Assembly (NCBI GenBank): GCA_020137815.1
Contig: CM035359.1
Coordinates: 5,952,001-6,016,000 of the forward strand
Source: Hormiphora californensis
Taxonomy: Eukaryota; Animalia; Ctenophora
Reading direction: 5' to 3'
DNA: 64,000 nt
This document shows, piece after piece, positions 12,101 through 23,967 of the stretch (the stretch's first letter is position 1; every line of letters begins with the position of its first letter). The notes beneath the pieces were generated by a model. It was not told the DNA's origin. It did not search any database and worked only from the letters and a program-made list of their open reading frames with translations. Both the position numbers and the translations under genes were made by a program.

Positions 12101-13084
12101 AGATCATTGATAGTAAATGATCCTAACATAATTACAGTCAAGCCTCGATTTACCGGACCTCGATTTACCTTCCCCCGAGGAGCCCGGTAAATCGAGGCTT
12201 GACAAAACCGTATTTTCCCAATTACCGTATAATCCACATAATGATAGAGTTGTAATAGAGCATACACAAGAAGCAGACTGCCATGGTACACCATCCAACG
12301 CCAACCAAGGCCTTGTGAATGTGCTGATAGGAGGGAGAGATTAGCTGAGATGGAATCAATGAGCAGAGGAATGGTTACTGCTCTTAGTGGAGAGAAATGT
12401 GGTACTCAAGTCTGACAAGGGCACCAAATCTAAAATAACATTGTTTACTGCAGACTAGATCTATACGATGTATAAGGTTGGGTTTACCTTCATAGAGCCA
12501 GTTACGCTCTTTTTAAAGTGATTTCCTATCGCCAACTCTAAACAAAAGAGTGGCAATCCCTCAACCAGCACCATCACGAGGTATGCAAAAACGAAGGCGC
12601 CTGAAATGAATGATAGTTTAGAATCAGACTGCCAAAACCAATAGAAAAAGATTCTTGATTTTGTTATTTGAACCAGCCAAACACAATATAATGGACACAA
12701 TATAGACAGCTTACCTCCGCCGTATTTCTGTGCAAGATATGGGAAACGCCATATGTTGCCGATTCCAACTGCAAACCCGATGAGGGATAGAATGTACTGA
12801 AAATAGGGATAAATGTCTGGAAAAATATTTTATTGGGGTACTTGTTAGCACGCTCCGTCATGTGCGTACCTCGATTACCAAACAGTATAAAACTGTTAAC
12901 CAGATGGTAACCAATAGGTAACCTAATGGTAACCATGGTAACCATGGTAACAACAAGAATGTGTAGTACTGCACATGTACCTCTGATTTGTTGTTCCATT
13001 GGTCCTGTTTATGTTCTGCTGTTTCCTTCTTTATAAAACTCGCCTTATTCCGCAATGTCGACAAACCACGCTGACCTCTCGAGG
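6164..13084 (-). CDS. SLC6 / sodium:neurotransmitter symporter family transporter (multi-exon; first coding exon uncertain)
   Basis: Phase-consistent GT-AG exons: 13084-12981, 12796-12715, 12600-12488, 12323-12226, 11966-11871, 11681-11546, 11167-11057, 10869-10736, 10439-10334, 9219-9128, 8954-8842, 8675-8516, 8286-8112, 7917-7811, 6317-6164 (TGA). Motifs: [96 protein letters not shown] possible start exon MMQNIISRARDH lies near 13346-13382. Confidence 0.93.
6480..7773 (-). mobile_element. Non-autonomous non-LTR retroelement (possibly RTE-related) in the last SLC6 intron
   Basis: 11-bp TSD ACATTTTGTAT at 6469-6479 and 7774-7784. (CAA)n tail at the minus-strand 3' end. Only fragmentary ORFs. 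The RTE assignment rests on the tail and a LAVGRDK...EAEAH C-terminal-like peptide. Confidence 0.65.
9242..10157. mobile_element. mariner-type MITE with ~200-bp inverted arms in an SLC6 intron
   Basis: TA-flanked. TIR TTAGGTTGTCCAGTAAAGATTTTCGTTT has a mariner-like start. Imperfect arms ~9242-9445 / ~9955-10157. Confidence 0.85.
11300..11565 (-). repeat. ~79-bp tandem repeat containing copies of an exon end and 5' splice site
   Basis: CTTACTTTTCCC (minus strand GGGAAAA|GTAAG) at 11305, 11384, 11463 and 11541. The last is the real SLC6 donor. Confidence 0.85.
12135..12212. mobile_element. Small pogo/Tigger-like MITE remnant
   Basis: TA-CAGTCAAGCCTCGATTTACCGG ... CCGGTAAATCGAGGCTTGAC. Related to copies at 22129 and 31968. 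Confidence 0.6.
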
Positions 13085-13479
13085 CTGAAAATGAGTAAAA
13101 ACAAGTTACTTCTTGTTAAGTATATAGTTAACAAGTCACTCCCGAGTTTTCTGAAAAGGCTAGTGCAGTCATGATAATAGCTGTACAATTACTTATAGCG
13201 GGAAATTTCACACCTTAGAATACCCTATACGCTACATGATCCAATATAATACTAATATAGTTGTATATTTGTTGGGAAACACAATAATAATATAGCGGGT
13301 AATGTTATAGCGGGTAGTGTATTATAGCGAGAGTATAAATTGTACCGTGATCCCGAGCACGGGAAATAATATTCTGCATCATTTTCTATAGGCAATATCT
13401 CTATACTACTAGGGCCGTCCAGTATATGGACCGACAAACTAATGAGAGGTGTTAGGAGTACTCAGTATCACACAACAAG

Positions 13480-13800
<321 letters not shown>

Positions 13801-14399
13801 ATGGAGATAAAGGGGAGGTATTATAGGAGAGAGCATTATCTAGAAAGATCTAGATGCATAATGGGAGGGAGACACAGAATTAACGGCGAATAATGTATTA
13901 TAGAGAACAGACATACCCTCCACTTATCCTTTCCTATAGCCCCTAATTCCCATACACCGGCCACAGCTGCAATTATTGATCGCAGATAATACTATGATTA
14001 TAGAGATTCTATAATACAATTAATTTTATTACAGAATCTCTATTGCAGTACCGCAGAGACTTTTTAGCTAGGAAATCTTCAAATAACAGCTGAGCGATGA
14101 GGATTGAATTCCTAATTGGTTATGATACGGTACAAACCCTATAGCGATATAACATATATATTCAAATCTTAGATGGTATTTTTACGGGATCAGGCTAAGA
14201 ATTCTGTAGGCAAATACAGATAACACTCGATGCCGGGAGCTCAGCCAGGCGGGGATTATAATAGTTTGCACCCAACACTTTCCGTTTTCACTCAGGAACT
14301 AGGATTCTGAGAGAATTGGTCGGGTACAAAATAGGACACTTATAGGACACACAGCTTGTAGAAATGCGATTCAGCGTTTAGTTTGGAGGAAACTTCATA

Positions 14400-15689
14400 T
14401 GGTCATGATCATAAAGTCGGGACATTTTTGAAATTTCAAAGTTCAAAAATATCGACCAAATTTTTTAAAACTAATAATTATGGTACTTTTATTCATCCAA
14501 ACAACTCAAAAATTTGGGAGCAGATAAAAATATGAACAAAGTACAATATTTGATAATAAAAAATACGATTACTCAACCGAAGTGGATCTCAGGACAACAT
14601 TTGTAAATATTAAAATACAGAACCACAGTTACCACCATTTTAGTTTTAGTCCAACGGGTATTATAGATAATCGTCATGACTAGCTTATTAGGGTTGGTTG
14701 AGTTGTTAATTACTCAACCTATGTGGATCTGGAGACCCTTGAACTTTGGGAAGCGAAAAAGGGTCTATAGAATTCTCATAGACAAGTAATTCAGGGCTTA
14801 TCTTTTTGGAAAATGTCTAAAGTTTCCATATTTGGCAAAGGTGGAAGAATAGGACGACTCAACCGGTGTGGATCACCGTTTTAAAACCTCACTTTGAAAA
14901 CTTTTCAGCTAAAAATGGAATTTTAATCACTTGTATTGGTGGCAATGGCTACTAGACCTTTTTACAACTCAAATAGAAAACTCATTCCATGTGGATCAAT
15001 TTTTTTCTGAGAAATTTCATTTTTGATCCACAATGGTTGAGTCAGAATATATTATTCCGCCCCACATTATGTTTTAAAATTGGTATGTAGTTCCCAGATA
15101 GTACACACTGTTTTGATGCATAGATTTCCCATATGATCCACAAATATTGCCTAGAAGTTAGACTGCCAAGAATGGTTTATTATATACTGACTTCGAGCAA
15201 CGGTTACAAAAGTGGTGATCCACAAGAGTTGAGTCATTGCTTGATAAAAATTTGGATATAGTCTAATGTCGGATCGATTTACGAAACTTTTGAGAGTAAT
15301 CGGGACCCGAAACTTCGTCATAAACTTCCGGTTGAGTCGCATTTTATGAGAAAATTGAAAAAAATCCACATTGGTTGAGTATATTTCGTATATTTACCCA
15401 TGCCAATCAATTTGTTACTATACCATCTATCATCCCACAAAGTTTCAAGGACGTACCATCAACCTAACTCGGTTGAGTATGCTGATCCACACGTTTCTGA
15501 TCCACATACTTTAAAGCCTTATAAAACAAAGCATAATTAAGCTTTAAAATTCTAGTTTTCACAATTTTTATCTAGTGACAATTTTTGGTGGATCAGATTA
15601 CTCAGCCAGGTGAAAAAACCAAATTTAAAACTCAAAATCCACATTTTTTTAAACATTGTAAAAGTGTCCCGACTTTATGATCATGACCA
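14400..15689. mobile_element. TA-flanked non-autonomous DNA transposon (~1.29 kb)
   Basis: TIR TGGTCATGATCATAAAGTCGGGACA / TGTCCCGACTTTATGATCATGACCA with TA on both sides. Dispersed internal ACTCAACC-N3-GTGGATC motifs. No ORF. Confidence 0.85.
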
Positions 15690-15897
15690 TATAAACGTAC
15701 ACTCCTGGCTCACATAGCGGGGGGGGGGGGGGGTGGACTCACTATCATAAAGTCTAAGAATAGGTGCCCCCGTTGTGGCAAAGGCTGCCCTGGCAGCCGC
15801 CTGGCCTACAAAGCATTGTCGCGGAGGTGCTGATCTTGACCAGGGGGGCATACTAAATGTTTAGTATAGTGGTTAAATAACACCATACTAATATATG

Positions 15898-16035
15898 GTC
15901 CATAGACGGGCATCACGTGAAACGTAACACCATATATGGGCATCACTTGACACACAACACCATATATGGGCATCACCTGATACACAACACCATATATGGG
16001 CATCACCTGACACACAACACCATATAATATGGGAT
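15898..16035. repeat. 30-bp minisatellite (~4.5 copies)
   Basis: Unit CCATATATGGGCATCACCTGACACACAACA. Confidence 0.85.
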
Positions 16036-17100
16036 GCTGCCTCTTGTCCAGGAATAAAATGGTTGTTTGGACGTGGTTCATTAGTTAAAGTTCAAAACTA
16101 CTGGATCTCCTAAACTACTATATCTATACGACGCGAATTGAATATAAAAGTCCTATCAAGTATTACGTTGACCCTTTCTCCTACACCTAGAGATATTGGG
16201 AGAGTGGCCATGGTGGTCACCATGGTTACTGGTCAGAAATTCCGGTATCATTTCAATTGATTCACGACGATCACACAACAACTTCTGAAGCGATCTCAAC
16301 TCTCAGTGTGAAACAATTGAACCGAACCAGGTCAAGGAAGAAGGAGAGAGAGAGAAGGAGAGGGATAGGGAGAGAGAAGGAGAGGGATAGAGAGAGGGAG
16401 AAAGAGAGATAAAGATAGATCTGAAATTCAATTCGTTTCACACTGCAGTATTTGAGTGTCACATCCTGCTATGAAAACTATAGAAAATAAAGATTCTATA
16501 AATTTCATCAGTCGGTATCAAAACTCAAAAGTCACATGCATTCCGATATAGACATATATAAGTCAGTAATTAGTTAATTAGTATTCCCAAGTTACCAATT
16601 TACCGTAGAAGTTTTTAGCGCCGTTAGCCCCTGCATATACCACCACCACATTCATACCCAGCTGGAAACTCAAATACAAACTTTCAATTCAATAAAGTTA
16701 TTGCAAAATATAATAGAGTGAACAATATTCAAATAATAACGAGATATTTAGAGGAAGCATTTACAAAAAATGATATAGCATGATCTAATCAATAAAAGAA
16801 TTTGTTTTACACACTTTAAAATTCAACTGACAGATCGATTAAAATTATGCAGCAATTTCTTTTACAGATATAGTGTAAAACAAAATACATACATTAACGT
16901 TCGAGAAAACATATGTTGTTGGAGAATTTAAATTTTGAGAGAAAGAGAGAGAATGCTTCAAACGAATTTGTGACGTTCGAAGCTAATTTTTGGCGCTAAT
17001 ATTGTACGGGTGTAGTACAGCAGCTATTATACAGGCTACACTCTACAGGTTACAATCATCAAGAAACTATGTGATGCATCGTGTCGATTACTGTCAAAGA

Positions 17101-17215
<115 letters not shown>

Positions 17216-18919
17216 TAAAAAAGATGAAATATTGGAATCGTATTGATTTATAGCTGAGAAGAAGATCAGTTAATTATCGATTAGATTGGCTGAGAAAAAA
17301 ATTAAGTTATGATTACAAGTGATCATTATAACGATATATTGTTATATCACATATATTGGATCTGTAATAATTTAGATGAGATTTATATAGTAAATTTATT
17401 GTACATAGAGTACAAGTAAATTTTACATTAATATATAATTAATAATTAATATAAAATTACAACACAATGATCGATGAGTTTATGGTATTTTTAGCCAATA
17501 TGTACCTAAATATCTAACACTTGTGACTGAAACACTTATGACTAAAAAAGTACTGCCTCAGCCTGACAGGTGAAACAATTTACTTGTACACGCCGTGTGT
17601 ACCAGGCGAGAACAACGTGTGGTCCGTTTGAAAAACATGCACTACTCGCATAATATACACAAAGGTGCAAATGCATTTCAAGAACTCTGTAATGCGGCTG
17701 TGAGTCTGTGACACATGGAATATGGCGATAATTTGAACTGGTAGTTTTTATGTTTTATACATGCGTCGTGGGGCACAGAGAATGAGCGTCAAACAAGGCA
17801 AAACTGGAAGTACCGGTAGTGGTAGGTCAAGGGGATGGATCCGCATGGATAGCAAATACTATGAGCTAGCTATACCAAATTACATACATATGCAAGCAAA
17901 TTTAAATTTAAATTCAAACTGGCCATTTTTGGCCCCGTTTCTCTCTCCATTACAGAATGTCTGCAGTTTCTACCCCTCCTTGTCGTGTTGAGGGGGGCTT
18001 TCTCACTCTAAAGCTAGTGTTAATAAGAGCTCTTGCCAAATGCTTATTACGGGCCACTGTCATTAATAAACTGGCAAGATAGGAGGAAATAAATTAACAA
18101 CTTTTTTAGAGAATAAAATTAGGCATTGCCCAAGTTATTAAAAGTTGTATAAAATTAGAAGGCCAAATTGATCATGAACGGTTCGAGACACATTACATTA
18201 TATTCTATCTCGAACATACACACTCTGCATACAGAACCACCGCAGACCGCTTGGACGATCACGGTATTTCGGTATGATTCGAATAAATCATAAAATATCC
18301 CTCTAGAGAGAGAATGATCTTGATCTAGGGTCTAGTCTCTCTCTCTCCCCCTCTCTTTTTCTCCGTCGATCTTAATCTGGCAAATTCATTACAATGTACG
18401 CTGCTATCCACGATTGAACGCATGAAGTTACTCCTATACATCGATAACCACTAATTGATCGGGATTATAAACCACACATATAATATTTCGAGCGATTATT
18501 TTGAATTTAATTCCAGATAAAGTGACACAGGAGGATTCGAATAAAAAGTAATTAAACTATGTAATAAGGTATACTGTATACAGTCAAACCTGGAACCGCT
18601 GCAGGACTAAATTTAACGGACGGGACGGATAAAGCGAGTTTTGACTGTATTATATATCGAAAGCAGAGTACGTAAAGACAATTTATTTCGTGTTACTACA
18701 ATCGATAAATGCCGATCGTTTTCTTAATTTGCGTCAGTTCCTCTCCTATATCATTTTCTATTTACAACTCACATTCCTAATTTGAAAAATTACAATTTAC
18801 ATTTTACAGATTCAAAGACTTACAAGTATGGAGGTGTGGTGAATCCCAATGAATTTGTTGAATTTTTCCTACTTTCTTTTATTCTAAAAATGTGTTCCGT
18901 GCGGAGCGTGGACACAGTA

Positions 18920-20545
18920 GCTGGTATTAATAAACGGGGATTCGCGGATTCGCGGATAATGTCCCGGATCGCGGATAAAATCGCGGATAATTAATCCCGG
19001 ATTGGATCGCGGATCGCGGATAAGTAATCACGGATTGCGGATCGGGGATAAGTGATCGCGGATTGCGGATCGCGGATTGCGGATTGCGGATTGCGGATCG
19101 CGGATAAGTAATCGCGGATTGCGGATCGCGGATTGCGGATCGCGGATTGCGGATTGCGGATCGCGGATAAGTAATCGCGGATTGCGGATTGCGGATCGCG
19201 GATAAGTAATCGCGGATTGCGGATCGCGGATAAGTAATCGCGGATTGCGGATTGCGGATCGCGGATCGCGGATTGCGGATTGCGGATCGCGGATAAGTAA
19301 TCGCGGATTGCGGATTGCGGATCGCGGATAAGTAATCGCGGATTGCGGATTGCGGATCGCGGATAAGTAATCGCGGATAAGTAATCGCGGATTGCGGATC
19401 GCGGATAAGTAATCGCGGATAAGTAATCGCGGATTGCGGATCGCGGATAAAAAATCGCGGATAAAAAATCGCGGATAAAAAATCGCGGATAAAAAATCGT
19501 GGATAAAAAATTGCGGATAACAAATCGCGGATAACAAATCGCGGATAAAAAATCGCGGATAAAAAATCGCGGATAACGTTTTTATCTCTTTTTAGGCAAC
19601 TTTTGGTCATTCTTAGGTGATTTTGATCGATTCCAGGTCATTTTGCTCATTTCTATGTCAATTTGGCCATTTCTGTACCATTTCTTGGCCACGTTGGTCA
19701 ATTCTAGTTCATTTCCAGGTCATTCCTGTATATAGTGCATTGTGCTAGACCATTTTCGTGTGGATTTAGATGGTTCTGGGACACTTTGGTCAATTACGAG
19801 TAATTTATGTGTATATTTGGATACTTTTAGGACTCTAATGTGACCGAAGTGTCCTAGAACCATCTAAATCCACACGAAAATGGTCTAGCACAATGCACTA
19901 TATACAGGAATGACCTGGAAATGAACTAGAATTGACCAGCGTGGCCAAGAAATGGTACAGAAATGGCCAAATTGACATAGAAATGAGCAAAATGACCTGG
20001 AATCGATCAAAATCACCTAAGAATGACCACAAGTTGCCTAAAAAGAGATAAAAACGTTATCCGCGATTTTTTATCCGCGATTTTTTATCCGCGATTTGTT
20101 ATCCGCAATTTTTTATCCACGATTTTTTATCCGCGATTTTTTATCCGCGATTTTTTATCCGCGATTTTTTATCCGCGATTTTTTATCCGCGATTTTCTAT
20201 CCGCGATTTTTTATCCGCGATTTTTTATCCGCGATTTTTTATCCGCGATCCGCAATCCGCGATTACTTATCCGCGATTACTTATCCGCGATCCGCAATCC
20301 GCGATTACTTATCCGCGATCCGCAATCCGCAATCCGCGATTACTTATCCGCGATCCGCAATCCGCAATCCGCGATCCGCAATCCGCGATCCGCAATCCGC
20401 GATTACTTATCCGCGATCCGCAATCCGCAATCCGCGATCACTTATCCCCGATCCGCAATCCAATCCGGGATTAATTATCCGCGATTTTATCCGCGATCCG
20501 GGACATTATCCGCGAATCCGCGAATCCCCGTTTATTAATACCAGC
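18920..20545. mobile_element. Palindromic foldback element with GCGGAT-core minisatellite arms
   Basis: Termini GCTGGTATTAATAAACGGGG / CCCCGTTTATTAATACCAGC flanked by TA. Arms 18920-19792 and 19841-20545 with a 48-bp spacer. The arms differ in repeat copy number. Confidence 0.9.
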
Positions 20546-21007
20546 TAGTGTCAGGCGCAGCGACTCAATGCATTTGTAGCCAGGTTAATATTATGATGTT
20601 CACATGATTTATTTGCAGCACCCCAGCTGCTAATGGGCCATGTAAATGGTGAGATGTCAGAGGGTGAGAGGGGAAAAGAGATAGAGACTACAGAGAGAGA
20701 CTGGAAAGAGAGAGAGAGAGAGAGACTTATATAGAGAGACAATGTAGAGAGGGGGCGACAAATGTGATAGTCCAATAGCCCACGTGCCGGGCAGAGTTTG
20801 AGTTTCTAATACGAGATTAACTTGTTTTTTTACCAGCTTACTCGGAACTATAGACATCCTAGTTAGAAATATGAGAAAGATATTGTTAGAGAGAGAGAAA
20901 ATGAGGTATGAGCCGGGCTTATAATAATTCTGGATGAGGAGAAAATTCAATGAGTTATCAAAATATGAACACAAAACAGGTTGATAAAATCACGGCTAGG
21001 ATGCGGG

Positions 21008-21016
21008 TATATAAAT
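21008..21016 (+). promoter_or_regulatory. Candidate TATA box for the methyltransferase gene
   Basis: TATATAAAT about 160 nt upstream of the ATG at 21169. Position-based inference only. Confidence 0.4.
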
Positions 21017-21168
21017 AGTAGGGGACGCTGAAAAGATCGCAGACCAGTCGAACTGGTTTACAGCTATATAGTTCCTCTTCACTCTATTCCTACCAAACTT
21101 GATTTTAATGATATGGTTACTATATTGATTATTAAACAAGTTATACCTGTTAAATCCTACTTAGTATC

Positions 21169-22066
21169 ATGGCCCCGGTAAATCTCGACAAGCTATCGGA
21201 CGTCAAGGCAGACAACGAAAACTGGCAAAAATACCTACAGGGAACATTCAAGGAGTCTCGAAAGCTGGCTTTGGCAGGGAAAATCAATAGAGGAGAGGAC
21301 TTTGAAGCTCAACAGAAAGTATACGCTCATTTTGCGGAGGCATACGATTCCTGCATTATCAGTAACGATGGGTAAGTGGATGGGAATTACAAGACCATAT
21401 TATAATAAGCGTTTACCAAGAATTTGCTTAAAAAGTCTGCCGACAGATTCAATGCATATTGGTGTAAACGTAGTAGTTTTTCATAATTTTAACCCCCCCC
21501 CCTCTAGATATCGGGCTCCTGATATTTTAGCAGAGGAAACACAGCTGCTTCTTGGAGAAAACCAGGACGCTAAAATACTAGATATCGGATCTGGCTCTGG
21601 CATGTCCGGTGAAAAGATTCTGATGAAAGGATATTCTCATATTGATGCCCTTGACTGTAACATCCCTCTTCTGGAGGTTGCCGAGAGAAAGGGCTGCTAC
21701 GAAAGGATCTTTGTGTCAGGCGGCAACCCAAGAGGGGAGGAGCTCCGTCTGATCCTTACTAACACCTATGATATGATTGTTAGTGCTGGTACATTCTGGG
21801 TCTCCCCATCCTACCCTGGAGTGGACATGTTCGAGGAAATGTCTCGGATTGTGAAACCTGGGGGACTCATTCTCATTGTCATCAATCAGGAGTATACGAA
21901 AGGTGACTGGCAGAACTGGGAGACACTAACACGACTCGAGGAGAGAGGGATTCTGAAATGTAGACCTATGAAGATCGTTCCAAATTATAGGATGAATGTA
22001 TCGGTGAGTGATAGTAACAATGGTAAACCTCCCAACGCGGCTGTCATGGTGTATGATGTTTTGTAA
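21169..22066 (+). CDS. Class I SAM-dependent methyltransferase, METTL27/WBSCR27-like (2 exons, 253 aa)
   Basis: Exons 21169-21371 and 21508-22066 joined by a GTAAGT...CTAG intron. Motif I ILDIGSGSG, plus VYAHFAEAYD, GYRAP, IDALD, YDMIVSAG and RIVKPGG. Confidence 0.88.
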
Positions 22067-22128
22067 ATATGATAAAATTAAGAAATTATAAGACGGCATA
22101 AGAAATTATAAGACATTTTATTGTATTA

Positions 22129-22299
22129 CAGTCGGACCCCGATTTAGTGGCATCCTCGGGGGAAAACAATCCTGCCACTAAATCGGGGTGCCACTAAATC
22201 GGGGTCAAATAATGTTAATTTCCTATATCGGGGGAAAAAAATCCTGCCACTAAATCGGGGTGCCACTAAATCGGGGGCCACTAAATCGGGGTCCGACTG
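22129..22299. mobile_element. pogo/Tigger-like MITE
   Basis: TA TSD. TIR CAGTCGGACCCCGATTTAGTGGC. Internal repeats GCCACTAAATCGGGG. Confidence 0.88.
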
Positions 22300-22736
22300 T
22301 ATTTTCAAAGGAATTTTATTCTAATTTAGACATTGCGTTTTAAAAACAAGTTTTCTTAAAATGACACTTTGAATTTAAAATTATATTTTCATTTTGTTTT
22401 TAATCACTCCGTTGGCAAGCGCAATTTATTGCCAAAAAAACCTCCACGAAGTTTTGGGACCGGTGTTGAGGTGCTCTTTTTCATTTATCTAAACGATATC
22501 ACGACGGTAGCTGTACAGTGTGTCATCTGATAATACACAGCATTAATGAATTAATTGAATGATATTACGTTATGGGCTAGACTGGGGTTAGGCTGAGTTC
22601 GATAAGGAAAACGAGAAATGGGGGTAGCCGCAGCACTATACCGCAGGACTAATAAACTACAAAGATAGAGAAACGCACGAATGGACGTTAATTTATAGCA
22701 CAGACTTGGGATAATATATAATGTGCTGTAGCTGTC

Positions 22737-23014
22737 GGCAGGGTGGTGTAGTGGCTAGTACACTTGCCTCTCACGCACTAGGTCCCGGGTTCGATCCTGG
22801 TCTAGCGCATGTCGTCTAGTCCACCAAGCTATGATTGGTAGGGGCTCTCTTGAGAGACCCGAAAGCAACACGGAGTGCGTATGTTGTGGGGTAAGCGCCC
22901 GGCTACGCTGCAGAGAAATCTGCACCGGAAGGACCCGTGGCTGAAACGCCATTGAAAGGGATATCAGCACCCCCGGCACTGGATTTATCCTAGCCGTCCT
23001 GCTTTGCTTTGCTT
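22737..23014 (+). mobile_element. tRNA-derived SINE
   Basis: A box TGGTGTAGTGG, B box GGTTCGATCC, (GCTTT)3 tail and 8-bp TSD TAGCTGTC (22729-22736; 23015-23022). Confidence 0.88.
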
Positions 23015-23331
23015 TAGCTGTCCTAGCTAGGACACAATCAATAGGCCAGTTGGACCTAGAACTAGGAAGCTACTAAATTACATGTTGTTCTCACGGCCTC
23101 ACTCTCTCTCTCTATATTTCTCTCTTTCTCTCTCTCTCTATCTTTCTATCTTTCTATCTTTTTATCTCTATCCCTCTCTAATTTTCGGTTTCCTATTTGA
23201 TAATAGCAAAAATAATCACTAGTTATATCAGTGCATACCGTAATCTGGGGTAACTTTGTTTTGCAGGGTAACTTTGGACACTTTCAAAATTTGGCTTTAG
23301 TCCAAAATTACTAACAGATAACGACAGATTT

Positions 23332-23679
23332 TGTCAATATGATGTTGGGAAGGTGGAGGGTTCACAGTTGGAAGGTGTAAGGAAGGTGGACGAATGGAAA
23401 CACGGTAGATAACGGGTGGTTAACAAAATAGACGGATCAGGTAGTACAACGTTAAGGTAGTTCGATATTGGGAATCTGACAAAGTGCTTGTCAACTTAAA
23501 ACTCATTCGATCTTCACAAGAAGCACGTGCGCGCACTTGAAAGGTGCATTTCAAGTGCGTGCACAAAAGTGTCACATACTAATGATCAGTTCGCGCGTTA
23601 CGTCCGGTAGGCGGTAACAACTGCGACAGTGTGTCCCACAGAACAATACACTCAATCTCATGACACACAGCTCATGACA
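23332..23679 (-). repeat. 3' LTR
   Basis: TGTCA...TGACA. Apparently identical to 28314-28661. Adjacent PPT (AAATAGAGGGGAG on minus, 23680-23692). Confidence 0.95.
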
Positions 23680-23967
23680 CTCCCCTCTATTTCTTTCTCA
23701 AAAGGACTTACCGAACTCGAGACCGATGAGGCAATGAACGCCGAGAGGGTTCCAAACCGTGTCAAGGCTAAAACTGTCATTTGTCAATGTCGTAACAATA
23801 CAAGTGAGAGTTAACTGGGAAAAACTAACAATGTGGAAATACTGAGATACGAAAAGGTACATGTTGTCTATGTCTGGAAGAAAAATAGAAAACAAAGTCA
23901 GTTGTCCGATAAAATATTTAAACTGGAGAAATAAAGTTAAAAAAATACAAGTAGGTTGAAAAACACA

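Noticed and set aside
18927-20548. Four long ORFs rich in SAIRNP/YPRFFIRD
   Set aside because: They are translations of the palindromic minisatellite and are mirror images of each other.
18809-20582. Exon interrupted by the palindrome (DSKTYKYGGVVNPNEF...SVDTV/VSGAATQCICSQ)
   Set aside because: The frame stays open when the element is removed at the TA, but there is no recognisable homology or convincing neighbouring exons.
21302-21507. N-terminus of the 254-aa ORF as predicted by the ORF track
   Set aside because: It reads through an intron. The spliced model from ATG 21169 gives a more coherent methyltransferase N-terminus.
22737-22810. Functional tRNA gene
   Set aside because: The acceptor stem pairs poorly, and the sequence continues into a body and tail bounded by a TSD, so it is a SINE head.
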